From positions 96,001-160,000 of the forward strand of contig CBDFFH010000022.1 in assembly GCA_965246715.1 (NCBI GenBank): DNA of 64,000 nt, read 5' to 3'. This document shows positions 1 through 11,653 of the stretch, in pieces; position 1 is the stretch's first letter, and each line of letters opens with the position of its first letter. Origin of the DNA: Chamaesiphon sp. (lineage in GTDB: Bacteria; Cyanobacteriota; Cyanobacteriia; Cyanobacteriales; Chamaesiphonaceae). A program made the position numbers and the translations under genes. The notes under the pieces were generated by a model. It worked only from the letters and a program-made list of their open reading frames with translations. It searched no databases and was not told the DNA's origin.

Positions 1-82
1 CGGGATTATCTCTATGTTAGTACTTCTGCTAAGTTAGTTTGTTTGACGATCGGCAAGTCAGATCCCGAACTGATGCTAACTA

Positions 83-165
83 ACGTGAGTTCGGGATAAG
101 AGGAGCATGGAGACTGAAGTCTCGGCTACTGGTGCGGAGCCAATATCCTTAACCCGAACTGATGC
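83..165. mobile_element. MITE family A, short copy; abuts a further partial copy at 1-76
   Basis: Inverted ends ACGTGAGTTCGGGATAAG / CTTAACCCGAACTGATGC; TAACTA on both sides (77-82, 166-171). Confidence 0.85.
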
Positions 166-279
166 TAACTAGCAACTTAAGTTAGTGCCCGTGCAGTGCC
201 AAGCTAATGAATTTTCGCAATAATCCGAGTAACATGATAATGAGCCACTTACTCATTCCCATCGAGTCCGAATCAATTT

Positions 280-1110
280 ATGCGCAGCGACATCGATCCA
301 ACGGCAGTAATCGATCCGAGCCTTACCGAACGGCTTGCCAGATTTGCGATGTCGCCGCAAACAGGAGTCTGGAATCATTTAGACAAACAACAGATCGTCA
401 ACGATCTGCGCGATCGCATCGCCGATCCCTTTCAAATTCAACAGGGCGAACAGCCATTTTGTGGCCCTGCGGCGGTAGTATTCGAGCTGATTCGCAAACA
501 ACCACATCGCTATATCGATATCTGCCAAAGTCTATACGAACATGGCAGCTTTGATGGTTTTACCAAAAAAATTGTGGCAGCGGGGCGGTTGTGCCGCAGC
601 TATGGCAATCTCCGCATGGCACAAGCTGATTGGATGATCCTAGCGACGCTACGAGACTGTGCGAATATGGTCGTTCCCGTGCATCCCAAAGCACCAAGAC
701 TCGTCCGCGAATTTGGTGGTATGACTAAACCCTGGGAAATGAGCGGCTGGGTGCGCGAGTTACTGGGATACTCTGTTGCTAAATCTTATCCCACACCACT
801 CTGGAATGAATTTCGCGCTCTTCAGGAGGCAAATAATATCATCAATTCTGGTGGTGTCGCGTTTGCACTGATCAATTCGCAAGGATTATTGGGGAATAAT
901 TCCTTGCTGGCATCGCGATTTCATCGGATCTATCCCAACCATTGGGTCACAATTTTAGGAAATATCTCGATCGAGCCATCAACTCAAGTTGTGAAAAAGA
1001 AGCGCACTAGAGTCAATTTTGATATCTATTCCTGGGGTAGAAAAATTCAAGTTAATACCGATGCAGCCGCGATTAGAGATTATTTCTGGGGCATAACTAT
1101 CGGCAAGTAG
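280..1110 (+). CDS. hypothetical protein, possible papain-like cysteine protease fold
   Basis: 276-aa ORF with Q..FCGPAA, NHWV and YSWG motifs. Confidence 0.7.
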   Translation: MRSDIDPTAVIDPSLTERLARFAMSPQTGVWNHLDKQQIVNDLRDRIADPFQIQQGEQPFCGPAAVVFELIRKQPHRYIDICQSLYEHGSFDGFTKKIVAAGRLCRSYGNLRMAQADWMILATLRDCANMVVPVHPKAPRLVREFGGMTKPWEMSGWVRELLGYSVAKSYPTPLWNEFRALQEANNIINSGGVAFALINSQGLLGNNSLLASRFHRIYPNHWVTILGNISIEPSTQVVKKKRTRVNFDIYSWGRKIQVNTDAAAIRDYFWGITIGK

Positions 1111-1286
1111 CGATCGAATCCCCGTCACGATCGAGCTTCAATCAGATAGCGATCGATAAGAGTTGGTGTGCAAAAAATTAGTATCGATCCTCGATCGATA
1201 TAAGTTTACCCACCCTACATCTACATCTACTAAATTCGATCGAGAAACATGTGCGCTGGAAAGCTTGCTCCGCATACATTTGAGCT

Positions 1287-1307
1287 GTGGGCAATGCCCA
1301 CCCTACT
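1287..1307. repeat. REP-like palindrome GTGGGCAATGCCCAC-CCTAC
   Basis: Hairpin with GTAG foot; related copies near 1853-1873 and 12326-12342. Confidence 0.6.
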
Positions 1308-1719
1308 GGCTGATTAAATGATTATTACATATATTTAAACCTATTAAGCCTCCGCTTATTAAAACTAATGTATTTATTGCAATTCCAACTAGTGTAAACA
1401 GCACAGTCCAAAAATATATGTAAGTCTTTTGAGCATTATCTAATATGTTATCTGGAGGAGAACCTTTGATTTCTTTTAAACAAAAAGGAACTACGGCTAG
1501 AAATGCTGTTGTAAAATGAATAACATATAAATCATTAGCTGATACATTTTCAGTTAGAGCATATTTTGTAATTATAGACATGGCTGCAATTAAATAGTAG
1601 TAATATGCGAGCTGAAATACAGCATATTCTTCAGTGTTTATGAAGTAAATTAATAACAGTAAAAATCCTGTAATTCCTAATGTTATATCTACGCAAAGAT
1701 TTACACTACTGGTATTCAT
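1303..1719 (-). CDS. AT-rich hypothetical membrane protein
   Basis: 138 aa, about 4 hydrophobic segments, much more AT-rich than its flanks. Confidence 0.6.
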   Translation of the reverse strand: MNTSSVNLCVDITLGITGFLLLLIYFINTEEYAVFQLAYYYYLIAAMSIITKYALTENVSANDLYVIHFTTAFLAVVPFCLKEIKGSPPDNILDNAQKTYIYFWTVLFTLVGIAINTLVLISGGLIGLNICNNHLISQ

Positions 1720-1980
1720 GAATTTAGTATTGTATTGAAATAATAGAATAAAAATTAGAAGGGAAATCCATATTTAAACTGCAATGTGTTCAACACATCT
1801 CTGTCGTCTAGCAATCCATTATGACTAACCCCTTTTTTAGCTCTAAAGAAATGTAGGGTAGGCAGTGCCCACCGAATGGGTTTCAGGGATTATCTATTCA
1901 ATAAATAATCCCACTTACCTACTTATTAGGTAAGTGTTCTATCGATATCCTTATCCTTACGATCGAAAAGTAGCTAATAA

Positions 1981-2535
1981 TTAAGCTCCATGAGCGCGAG
2001 GATCGGTTTTAGGGCTTTTGTTGCTGTTAGGAGTAACTTTAGGCGTGAATGCGGAAACTTCCCCTGTTTCCGAACTGGTAGACAAGGTTTCCCCCGTTGC
2101 TAACGCTGAGAGCTTGGCTGCTAAAATCTGGCGGGGTTGTTCGCCGATCGCTTGCGCTAGCACCTGCCCCTGGCGATCGAAAAAGACAAAATGTGGAATC
2201 CCATCAACGCGGTATTTGGTGACTTCTGGGAGCCATTTAGTATTGTCCACATTGAGCATTGAGAAGTTGACTCGATCGCCAAATTCTGATTTGACTGCTG
2301 CCAAATCTGCGGCCATTGCCTGACAACTGGTACACCAATTTGCATAAAATTCCATCAGTGTTGGCTTGCCATTACTTAGGGCGATATCGATCGGTTGAGC
2401 CTGTGCCGCCTGAGCCGCTAAGCTCGTACCAGAGTTTTGGGTACGAACGCCCAAAGCGAGTGCAACTACCAACACGATCGCCATCGTCGCGATCGCAAAG
2501 TTACGCATTCGTTGCGGAGCAGAAGTAGTTTGCAT
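1981..2535 (-). CDS. txlA: membrane-anchored thioredoxin-like protein TxlA
   Basis: N-terminal TM segment, WCTSC active site, VDGIPHFVF. Confidence 0.85.
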   Translation of the reverse strand: MQTTSAPQRMRNFAIATMAIVLVVALALGVRTQNSGTSLAAQAAQAQPIDIALSNGKPTLMEFYANWCTSCQAMAADLAAVKSEFGDRVNFSMLNVDNTKWLPEVTKYRVDGIPHFVFFDRQGQVLAQAIGEQPRQILAAKLSALATGETLSTSSETGEVSAFTPKVTPNSNKSPKTDPRAHGA

Positions 2536-2737
2536 ATAAATAAATTTAAAATTTGGGAATAGTCGGTAACTTAAATATATCCCTAGCTCGCTCCAAAGTC
2601 AGCCCAGAAATATCCGCCTCACCCCCTAATTAAGCCTCGCCAATCCCAAGAACATTCCCAGCCCCTAATCCCGATCGCCTAACATGACCCCAAATCGATG
2701 TAGGATCTACAATGCATCAACCAGCGATCTTTTATCG

Positions 2738-3355
2738 ATGTTGTTAATCCCGACCCTAGCCGAATCCCATCACCAAATTGTCGAGTCTCTAGCTAAGTAT
2801 AGCGATCGAGAATTAGTGAGCTTACATCAGTTACATCCCGACCAAGGCAAATTTTTCACAGCCTTGTTTTGTCGCTACGGCTCGATCGTTTATAGTGTCG
2901 TCCAACATGCCGCCGAATCACCGATCCAAGTTGAATACCTATTTGCGATCGCCTGGCGACAGATTTTTCACGAACTGCACCGCGTACAGTTATCGTCAGA
3001 TGCTGAGGTCACTAATTGGCAAAACTGGCTGATCGATATTACTGGTAATACGATCGACCAGATCGAAGTGCCTTTTCCCGCACAGATCCGTTATTGTCTT
3101 AGCGATGCACCGCCACCATTATGGTGCTATCTCGAACGTGGACTCGATCGGATTCCGCCACTATCGCGACTAATCGTTGTCATGACTCAAAACCTCAAGT
3201 GGAACGAGCAGCGGATCTCGGCTTATCTGCAAGGGGAAGGCGAGACGATTTCGCCAACTGCAATTCCGACTTATCTCGAGACAGGTTATCAGCAACTGAA
3301 AGCTACTTTACCTCAAGATATTCGCGAGATTTATCTAGCGATCGACAGCAATTAG
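2738..3355 (+). CDS. sigma-70/ECF-like conserved cyanobacterial protein
   Basis: FTALFCRYGSIVYS region-2-like segment and C-terminal HTH-like segment; start uncertain (ORF opens at 2684). Confidence 0.6.
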   Translation: MLLIPTLAESHHQIVESLAKYSDRELVSLHQLHPDQGKFFTALFCRYGSIVYSVVQHAAESPIQVEYLFAIAWRQIFHELHRVQLSSDAEVTNWQNWLIDITGNTIDQIEVPFPAQIRYCLSDAPPPLWCYLERGLDRIPPLSRLIVVMTQNLKWNEQRISAYLQGEGETISPTAIPTYLETGYQQLKATLPQDIREIYLAIDSN

Positions 3356-3412
3356 TAACTGACAAATAGCGCCGCTAAGATTTGCTAGTGCAGGCGAGCG
3401 TCGAGTTGAAGT

Positions 3413-4779
3413 TTATGTGGAACTGATGACAGACTTTTTGAAAGTAATCGTTACAGTGGTACCCACATTAATTTGACTATCGATCGCGATTTCACCCTGA
3501 TGACTGGCGACGATCGATCTGACAATCGCCAAACCCAAGCCAGATCCGCTACTCACGTCCGAAGTCCCCGCTGTCCGAGCTGGATCTACCCGATAAAACC
3601 GATCGAATAAATATGGTAGTGCGGGATCGGGAATACCGATCCCAGGGTCTCGAACTTGCACTTGCAGATAGGGGAGTTTTGGCGCAGCAGTTGTTCGAGT
3701 CGGACGATAATCTCTGCTGGACGATCTGCTCCAGGGGGCTGCACGGGTGTATATTGAATTGCGTTAGTCAGTAAATTGGTAAATAGCCGCACCAAGCGAT
3801 CCCAATCTCCATTGATATTAAATACATCGAGTTCGCCGTTTTCTGGGTGTATGAGCGCAGGCGGCAGATCGATAATTTCTAGCGTAAGTTTAATCCCCTT
3901 ATCGGTAGCAGCCGATTGTTGTTCCTCGATCGTTTCCATGAGTAAGGCATCCAAAGGCAGCGGACTAAATTGCGGCGCGAGTGAATTACTATCTTGCCGT
4001 GCTAAAAACAACAGATCGTCAACTAATCGCCCCAATCGGCGGGTCAAGCGTTCGATCGTCTGAAGTTGTTGGCGTTGGAGTGGTGGGAGTGGTTCTTCAG
4101 CGAGGGCGACTTGGACGTTAGTTTGAATTATTGCGATCGGGTTGCGGAGTTCGTGGGAAGCGTCAGCGGTAAACTGTTTGAGTTGTTGGTACGATGCCTT
4201 GACGGGTTCGATCGCAATCCCTGATAAAAACCAGCCGATCGCAGCGACGCTGGCAATAACTAGTGAAGTGCCAATTGTCAGATCGACGATCAGTAATTCA
4301 GTCGGTTTAGTTACTTCAAACCACGGATGGCTGACACGCAAAAAGCCGATTAATTGGCCGTGGGATGTGACTGGGGCAGTGATTTGTCGGAGAATGAGGT
4401 CGTTGTGCGCGCGGACAGTCTCGCCAGCAAGATTGACCCAAACTGGGATTCCGAGAGGTTCGCGGAGCGTAGACCAGAGCAATTTTCCACTGAGGGAAAA
4501 CAATTCTAAATCGATCCGATCGTCTTCCAATCGATCGGAGTCATCTTGAAAACTGGCCGCGACATTAATCTCAAATCGAGCTGGTGCCGAATGGTTATCG
4601 ATTTTGTCGATCGCGATCGACCGACTGACTACTTCAACGACATGATTTAAGGTATCATCGATGCGTTCGATCAGTGTACTGCGCACGTAAATATACATGC
4701 CGCTGGCAAATACTAGCAACACAATCGCCGTGACGATGGTATACCAAATCGCCAAACGGCGGCGGGTCGTTTGGAACAT
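3413..4779 (-). pseudogene. membrane sensor histidine kinase, frameshifted within the HATPase domain
   Basis: H-box FTADASHELRNP and N-box lie in ORF 3586-4929; G1/F/G2 boxes (DPGIGI, LFDRFYR, GSGLGL) lie in another frame, ORF 3413-3661. Confidence 0.85.
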
Positions 4780-5010
4780 AACAAACCGAACATAGATATC
4801 TTCAGCATAAAACACATACCACCCTAAATCTAATGCTGTTGCCGTAAAATCGATCGAGCTAAATCGTTGGCGCTGCTTGCCACGCTCGGGATCTCCCAAC
4901 TCGTCAACCAGTGACAGATTTTTTCGCAAGTAAAAAGAGCGGAATTAGATATCTACCGGATAAAATAGTTAACACGGCTCATTCACTCTGTTATCGCAAC
5001 ATCTACCTTA

Positions 5011-5352
5011 ATGAACAATCAGATCGACATCGACTGGGAACAACTTCACCAAGTTTCAGAAGACGATCCCGAATTTGAACTGGAATTACTCACAATGTTG
5101 GCTGAAGATGTCAAGATTCACATCGAAGATCTCAGCAAAGCGATTGTCGATCGCGATGCGAGCGGCATCGCGCATGAAGCACATTATATTAAAGGTGCCA
5201 GTGCCAATCTCGGCGCGATCGGGATTACCTCCCTTGCCAAGCAAATCGAACAACTCGCCCGCGATCGCGTTACTGCCGATCCCGCTCCTTTCGTCGAACA
5301 AATGAAGATCGAGCTGAGTCATCTCGAAGCCTATTTAGCAACTAGAACTTAA
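5011..5352 (+). CDS. Hpt phosphotransfer protein
   Basis: AHYIKGASANLGA Hpt motif. Confidence 0.9.
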   Translation: MNNQIDIDWEQLHQVSEDDPEFELELLTMLAEDVKIHIEDLSKAIVDRDASGIAHEAHYIKGASANLGAIGITSLAKQIEQLARDRVTADPAPFVEQMKIELSHLEAYLATRT

Positions 5353-5495
5353 CAGCTACCACGATCTGGATCTGGTGGATGGGTAAACTAACGATCGGGA
5401 TAGCATTCAGCCCGATCGGGAAACTCAACTTAGTCATTAGCCACTACTTGATATAATCGCAGTGTGTCTACTAAATTTTATGGAACTACATCACT

Positions 5496-6869
5496 ATGAC
5501 TATTCGCCGTCAGTATAGTTTGCCGAACTGTACCCTTGTTCTCGACGGGTTGAGTGATGGCAACTCCGCCAGTGGCATCCCCGATTCTCGTCCGGTAATG
5601 TCTAGTTTATTTAATGCCGAATGTCACTTTGTCGGTCGCGAACAACCGCTGTTGGGCGGTAGAGAGTTCTTGACTAGTTTGGTATCGACAGTTAGCAACT
5701 ATGCGCAAGAATTATTGAGTGGAATACATCATCCCGTACCCCCGACATCAGTGACCGATAGTTTAGTATCTTTGACTAAAGGCGATCGCGAAAATACACA
5801 TTATCTGCAAGCCAAGCTCGACCCTAGTACTAATCCTACCGCTGATGGTACTGCAGAAGTCAAGCTATCTACTATTGAGCTATTCGACCTATTAGAAGCG
5901 ATCGATCAGTTTCTCGCGGATCGACGCACGTTACCAGATCTGACGATCCCGCTGCGCCCAGTTACAAAGGCGATCGCGCAACCAATTTCCGCACAGGCAA
6001 CACCGATCGGATTGGGACTCGCTAGCTTGGTAGTCGCCAGTCTCATTGGCTATGCCTTACCCGCTCCCAAAGTTTCAAAACCACAACTCGGCACCCCCGC
6101 GCCGATCGTTGCACCCAGCACTACAAAACCTTCAGGAACGCCACCAGCAACAGCACCAGTACCAGCTAACACCAAGCCGACACCACAACCTGCTGCAACT
6201 ACTACCCCATCACCCACCAGCGCCATCCCTGCCAAAACAGGTCAGATTGTCGAAGCAACCTAGCTCGGCTTCCTCGAACGCAAATTGCGTCGCGATCTCG
6301 ATCTAAATTGGCAGAATCGCGCCCGCATCACCCAACCGCTAGCTGTTAACATCGGTGTCGATCGAGATGGTCGGCTTGTCGATTACGAACCGATCGGGCA
6401 AGTCGCTTTAGCGACTTTAAATCTCACGCCATTATCTAAAATTACTACTCCTAGTATCGATCCAGAGCGCGCGCGCGGGAAGTTCAAGGTGGTATTCAAC
6501 CCGACTGGCAGCTTAGCAATCGAGCCGATAGCTACCTCGCAGGGGACGATGAGTCTTGGCAAGCAGATCGCCGATCCACAATTAACAACTACATTAGCAC
6601 AACAACTACAAACTCAATTGCAGCAGTCAGCCATCACGCAAAAAGCCACTTATCCTCAAAATCTCAACTACCGCGTCGCGGTCACAAAAGCTGGAGTAAT
6701 TACCGACTACGAACCCCCAGATCCAGTCGCTACGACGAATCAGGCTAAAACCCCCCTGCCTGAATCAGTCAAGTTCGATCCCCAAGCGGCGATTTCCCAA
6801 GAAGCATTGGCTCAGTACAATGTCGTGTTCTTACCAAATGGCAAAGTCCAGGTTTCCCCCAGACAATAA
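5496..6869 (+). pseudogene. DUF4335-family membrane protein with an internal in-frame TAG
   Basis: RRQYSLPNCTL N-terminus; TAG at 6261-6263, then the same frame continues to 6869. Confidence 0.75.
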
Positions 6870-6952
6870 CTATTCTCTCGGTGAATTTTTGAGCTAAAAC
6901 TGCCAAAACACCATACTCTATAACTGGCTTAGAGCAACTAATATCAAAAGTT

Positions 6953-7133
6953 GGCGTTGCTGAATATGGGTATAATTTTTGTAGGGGTGCTCCTGTCTTG
7001 TCGTTTTTTTATTCGGGGGGAACCCCCGAATAAAAACGCCGCTTGTGGGTACCCTGAATCGATGCGGGGTAAGCACGAGGCATTACCCCTACAAAAATTG
7101 TTTGTGCGTTTCATACATTAATTCAGCAACGCC
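6953..7133. mobile_element. MITE family B, inserted in a partial family A element ending at 7287
   Basis: TIR GGCGTTGCTGAAT / ATTCAGCAACGCC; 8-bp TSD CAAAAGTT; near-identical to 55548-55729. Confidence 0.9.
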
Positions 7134-7312
7134 CAAAAGTTCTCTTCAGAGAACTGCCCAATTGATTAGTTCGTTGAAACGAACTTTTGCTATTAGCCCG
7201 TTGGCAAAGCCTCTCGGAACAAGACACTTATAGTTCAGGGCGGTGCTTGAACGGAGCAAATCAATTTTCCTTATCCCGCACTCACGTTAACTAACCTTGT
7301 CGTCGCTAAAAT

Positions 7313-7355
7313 TAAAAGCTCGTATTCCTCCGTTAGTCAGGAGTGCGGGCTTTTA
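7313..7355. terminator. imperfect hairpin downstream of tyrS
   Basis: TAAAAGCTCGTATTCCT...AGGAGTGCGGGCTTTTA. Confidence 0.45.
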
Positions 7356-7390
7356 GGGTGCGAGCGGGTCGATATCTAGATACTAACCCC

Positions 7391-8629
7391 CTAGCTAACT
7401 AACTTTTTAAACCGTTTTTTCCCAACCTGCAATACCTTCCCGACTAATTGCCCAGCATCATCATAGGCAGTTTCGATATCACTAATTGCTACCCCATCCA
7501 ACTTCACCGCACCACCCTGAATCTGGCGTTTGGCATCATTGCTACCCGTACACAATCCGCTCGCCGCCAGAATTTGGAACATCTTCGTGGGAAAATTGAC
7601 AGAGCCGATCGAAAATTCGGGAATACTCTCGCCACCAGCATTTTTACCAGGTTTGGTAATCAACGCGATCGCATCGGCTTGGGCTTGTAATGCTTGTTCC
7701 CGTCCGTGGTACTGGGTGACTACCTCTAGCGCGAGGAGTTTCTGTGCCTCTCTGGGGTTCTCCGGCAGTCGATCGAGTGGTAAGTCAGTCAGCAGAGTAG
7801 AATAATCTTTGATGAGGCTATCGGGCGTTTTCTCGAGCTTAGAGTACATACTCAGCGGATCTTCGCCCATCCCGACATAATTATTCAGCGATTTGGACAT
7901 CTTTTGCACGCCATCGGTACCGAGCAAGATCGGCATCAACAGTCCAAATTGCGGCGTTAGTCCGAAATGCTTTTGGAGATCGCGTCCGACGACAAGATTG
8001 AATTTCTGATCGGTACCGCCGAGTTCGACATCGGCTTTGATTGCAACTGAATCATAGCCTTGCATGAGGGGGTAGAGAAATTCGTGGATGAAGATCGGGG
8101 TTTCTTTGGCATACCGGAGTGCAAAGCCTTCTTTGGCAAGCATCTGTCCCACTGTCATCGTCGAGAGCAATTCGAGCGTTTCGCCGAGATCGAGCGGGGA
8201 TAGCCATTCGGAATTGTAGCGAACTTCCAATCGTCCGGGTGTATCGAAATCTAGGATCGGTCGCACGCGATCGAGGTATGCTTGGGCATTAGCCGTCACC
8301 TGTTCCACGGTTAATTGCTTGCGGACTTCCGATTTGCCCGTCGGATCGCCGATCCGAGCGGTAAAGTCGCCGATGATTAATACCGCAGTATGTCCGGCAT
8401 CTTGGAAAGATCTGAGCTTCCGCAGGGGAATACTATGACCTAGATGGATATCTGCGCCAGTCGGATCGATGCCGAGCTTGACTCGCAACGGTCGATTGGT
8501 TGTCGCTAGCCGCTGGGCTAGATTTTCAGCCGGATCGGTAGAATTGGGCTGATGGGGAAAAATCTCAGTTATGCCCCGAAATAACCAATCGAACCGATCT
8601 GATGTAGGCACGGATACACTCGCAGTCAT
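7391..8629 (-). CDS. tyrS: tyrosine--tRNA ligase
   Basis: HLGH and KMSKS motifs, GGTDQ, C-terminal S4 domain. Confidence 0.97.
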   Translation of the reverse strand: MTASVSVPTSDRFDWLFRGITEIFPHQPNSTDPAENLAQRLATTNRPLRVKLGIDPTGADIHLGHSIPLRKLRSFQDAGHTAVLIIGDFTARIGDPTGKSEVRKQLTVEQVTANAQAYLDRVRPILDFDTPGRLEVRYNSEWLSPLDLGETLELLSTMTVGQMLAKEGFALRYAKETPIFIHEFLYPLMQGYDSVAIKADVELGGTDQKFNLVVGRDLQKHFGLTPQFGLLMPILLGTDGVQKMSKSLNNYVGMGEDPLSMYSKLEKTPDSLIKDYSTLLTDLPLDRLPENPREAQKLLALEVVTQYHGREQALQAQADAIALITKPGKNAGGESIPEFSIGSVNFPTKMFQILAASGLCTGSNDAKRQIQGGAVKLDGVAISDIETAYDDAGQLVGKVLQVGKKRFKKLVS

Positions 8630-9084
8630 AGGATGAAAATCAAACGGGATCTGAAAATAGTCGCAGGTTAAGCTTATTATAGTTACTACAGAAACTGAAA
8701 TATTTTTACACGCTTTTTAACTGTCGTTAACATTTTGAGCTACCAATCGACCTAAAGGTGCTGTCGATCGTCTACGATTGCATTGATGTCGATCGATCCC
8801 CAATTAATTAAATCGAGATTTACACTGTGGCAATCGCGACTTATCATCTTTAGAATCCCCGTTATCGACTAGCTTGCCAATCTTACACTTTGCCCTAGTT
8901 CGAGCGATGCGATCGAGAGAGACTACGCCAACGAGATGTAAATTCAGTATAGTTCCTAAATTATTGAGAGCAAAAGATCCCAACCGATCGATGGCAAGTC
9001 CACTAACGATTTAACTGCGATGAACGGCTCGGTTTACAACCAGCACTCATCATTAATCATCCATCATTCTGCGGAGCCTTACTA

Positions 9085-11013
9085 GTGTCTTCTAGAGCTG
9101 TAAACAAAAAGAAACCCAACCCCAAACTCAAGCCAAACGATCGCCCGCCAAAGAAAGGTAATTTTTTTGGCGGCATCGGCCAAATTGCTGGCGGCACGAT
9201 GCTGGGTGTCACGATGTTGGTTAGTTCGATCGTGGCTGGGGGATTGGTGGGGCTAGCGATTAGCTTCCGCAACTTGCCTGACGTGCGCGTCCTCCGCAGT
9301 TACGCACCGACGGAAACAACTTATATTTATGATGTCAACGGTGTCGAACTTGCCAGCCTCCACGATGAAGCCAATCGCGAAGTTGTCCCGCTCAATCGGA
9401 TTTCACCATATTTAAAACGTTCGTTACTAGCGATCGAAGATAGCCATTTTTACTACCATCAAGGTGTCAACCTGACTGGCGTAGGGCGGGCGGTGGCCGC
9501 GAATTTTAAGAAGGGTGGCGTGAGCGAAGGTGGTTCGACGATCACGATGCAGTTGATCAAGAACTTATTCCTCTCCCAAAAACGCCAATTCAGTCGGAAA
9601 TTAGCTGAAGCCGTCCTCTCTATTCGGCTCGAGCAGATTTTCCGCAAAGACGAAATCCTCGAAATGTACCTCAATCAAGTCTATTGGGGTCACAATAACT
9701 ATGGGGTCGAAACTGCCTCTCAGAGCTATTTTGGCAAACATGCATCCGAACTCAACCTTGCTGAGGGCGCAATGATGGCTGGAGCGATTGCTGCACCCGA
9801 GCGATACAGTCCCTTTGTCAATATGAAAGCAGCAAAGAAACGTCAAGGTGAGGTGCTGACGAGATTACGCGAGCTGAACTGGATTACGATCGAAGAGGAG
9901 AAAAAAGCCAGAGATTATAAAATCAAGCTCGGTAAAATTAAAACTTGGCAGACGAGCAAATTACCGTTTGTGACCGATGCTGCGATCGAAGAACTCAATC
10001 AACGTTTCGGCAGGGAAACCGTCCGTAAAGGCGGGATGCGAATTCAGACCACGATCGACTATAACTTCCAAATCGCCGCTGAAAAGAATATTCAAAATGC
10101 ATACGAGCGGTTGGGACGCAATAAATATCAGATTGCGCTAGTTGCGATCGATCCGCGCACGCATTTTGTCAAAGCGATGGTGGGTGGGGTCGATTACAAA
10201 AAAAGTAGCTTCAACCGCGCCATTTACGCCAACCGTCAACCCGGTTCGTCGTTCAAACCGTTTGTTTATTACACCGCCTTTGCCACGGGTAAATTTACCC
10301 CCGAATCTACAGTCTACGACTCACCCGTCCGGTATCGCGATGGTAATGGCTACTATGCACCGCGCAACTATGGCGGCGGTTATTCTGGCCCGATGAGCAT
10401 TCGGAATGCCCTGATGGTCTCAGCGAACGTCCCCGCCGTGAAAATGGGGAAAGAAGTCGGACTAGATAAAGTCATCCAAACCTGTCGGATGCTGGGAATT
10501 AAAAGTCCGATCGAACCCGTCGTATCGCTACCATTAGGGGCGGTGGGGATTACCCCGATCGAAATGGCAAGTGCCTTTGCCACCTTTGCCAGCAACGGTT
10601 GGCAATCAGAAACTACTACGATCTTGCGTGTCACCGATAGCGATGGCAATATCCTCTTAGATAATACGCCCAAGCCAGAACAAGTACTCAACCCCTGGGC
10701 TACCGCTCAAATCAATAGCGCACTCCAATCAGTCGTCAACGGTGGTACTGGTAAAGAGGCCGCACTCGGTCGTCCGGTCGCCGGAAAAACCGGAACCACC
10801 TCTTCCGAACGCGATGTCTGGTTTGTGGGCTACGTGCCCCAGCTAGCTGCCGCTGTGTGGATCGGCAAAGATGACTTTACGCCGCTCGGTCAAGGTGTAA
10901 CGGGTGGTACCTTTGCCGCACCAATCTGGCGCAACTTCATGCGCGAAGCACTCGTAAACGAACCCGTAGAGGCATTCCAGTCTCCAGCCAAGTTCAAACG
11001 ACCAGGAACTTAG
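9085..11013 (+). CDS. class A penicillin-binding protein (PBP1A family)
   Basis: Transglycosylase motifs EDSHFY and GGSTITMQ; transpeptidase motifs SSFK, SAN, KTGT. Confidence 0.95.
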   Translation: MSSRAVNKKKPNPKLKPNDRPPKKGNFFGGIGQIAGGTMLGVTMLVSSIVAGGLVGLAISFRNLPDVRVLRSYAPTETTYIYDVNGVELASLHDEANREVVPLNRISPYLKRSLLAIEDSHFYYHQGVNLTGVGRAVAANFKKGGVSEGGSTITMQLIKNLFLSQKRQFSRKLAEAVLSIRLEQIFRKDEILEMYLNQVYWGHNNYGVETASQSYFGKHASELNLAEGAMMAGAIAAPERYSPFVNMKAAKKRQGEVLTRLRELNWITIEEEKKARDYKIKLGKIKTWQTSKLPFVTDAAIEELNQRFGRETVRKGGMRIQTTIDYNFQIAAEKNIQNAYERLGRNKYQIALVAIDPRTHFVKAMVGGVDYKKSSFNRAIYANRQPGSSFKPFVYYTAFATGKFTPESTVYDSPVRYRDGNGYYAPRNYGGGYSGPMSIRNALMVSANVPAVKMGKEVGLDKVIQTCRMLGIKSPIEPVVSLPLGAVGITPIEMASAFATFASNGWQSETTTILRVTDSDGNILLDNTPKPEQVLNPWATAQINSALQSVVNGGTGKEAALGRPVAGKTGTTSSERDVWFVGYVPQLAAAVWIGKDDFTPLGQGVTGGTFAAPIWRNFMREALVNEPVEAFQSPAKFKRPGT

Positions 11014-11239
11014 CGGGATAAGAGGAGTTATGAATTACCCGATCGTCAGTTAGGCTCAGCTTATAACTCAAACGATGGTAATATGCTGAAATCGATGCGG
11101 CGGGAAGTTCTCACCCTATTTCATCTCTTGAATGAACCTGCTCGAATAGTAAAAATAGTTGTCAGGGATTTTCCAGTCAAATAAGGAATCCACTCACATC
11201 AGAGGTTTCAGCATTTCAGCTCCTATAGGGACTTGCTTG

Positions 11240-11383
11240 TCAAATAAATTTTGATGAATTTTTGGCGTTAGGGTAGATTTGCCAAACCCACACGTTCGTA
11301 TCAACGAGAAAGATATCTGATTGCTGTGGGCGATCGAAAACAATATCAATTACCTCCGCTTCAACATTGAGATCGATCGTCAT
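11240..11383 (-). pseudogene. PIN-domain protein N-terminal fragment (47 aa)
   Basis: Hand translation MTIDLNVEAEVIDIVFDRPQQSDIFLVDTNVWVWQIYPNAK..; FLVDTN is PIN-like. Confidence 0.55.
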
Positions 11384-11386
11384 AGT

Positions 11387-11653
11387 CTAGAAGCTGGCGG
11401 CATATTGTTCCATAACGGAATCGACTGTACTCAGTCCGATCCCTCTGCTAATGGTTTTGATTGCGGTACTGTTTCCAGTTTGAAACGCCCATTCTAGGGC
11501 TTGGGCTGAATCTAACGATCGATTTTGAGGTAGAGATCGAACGTTATTGGCGATGCCCTGCCCAAAATCAACAATGGTTAGGTGTAGCTCTTTCTTTGTG
11601 GGGTAGTTTTGCCCGCAACTGAACACACCAAGCGAGGAGTTGCTATGTTCAAA
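11387..11653 (-). pseudogene. HATPase / anti-sigma-kinase-like fragment
   Basis: FEHS...IVDFGQGI...GNST...RGIGL; 5' part cut off by an IS remnant. Confidence 0.65.

Noticed and set aside
4780..4929. Upstream extension of the histidine kinase ORF
   Set aside because: Begins at a TTG and looks like non-coding sequence; MFQTTRRRLA at 4779 is the more plausible start
6261..6263. Amber recoding (pyrrolysine or alternative genetic code)
   Set aside because: TAG ends many intact genes here (PBP1A, tyrS, galE) and no pyl genes are present
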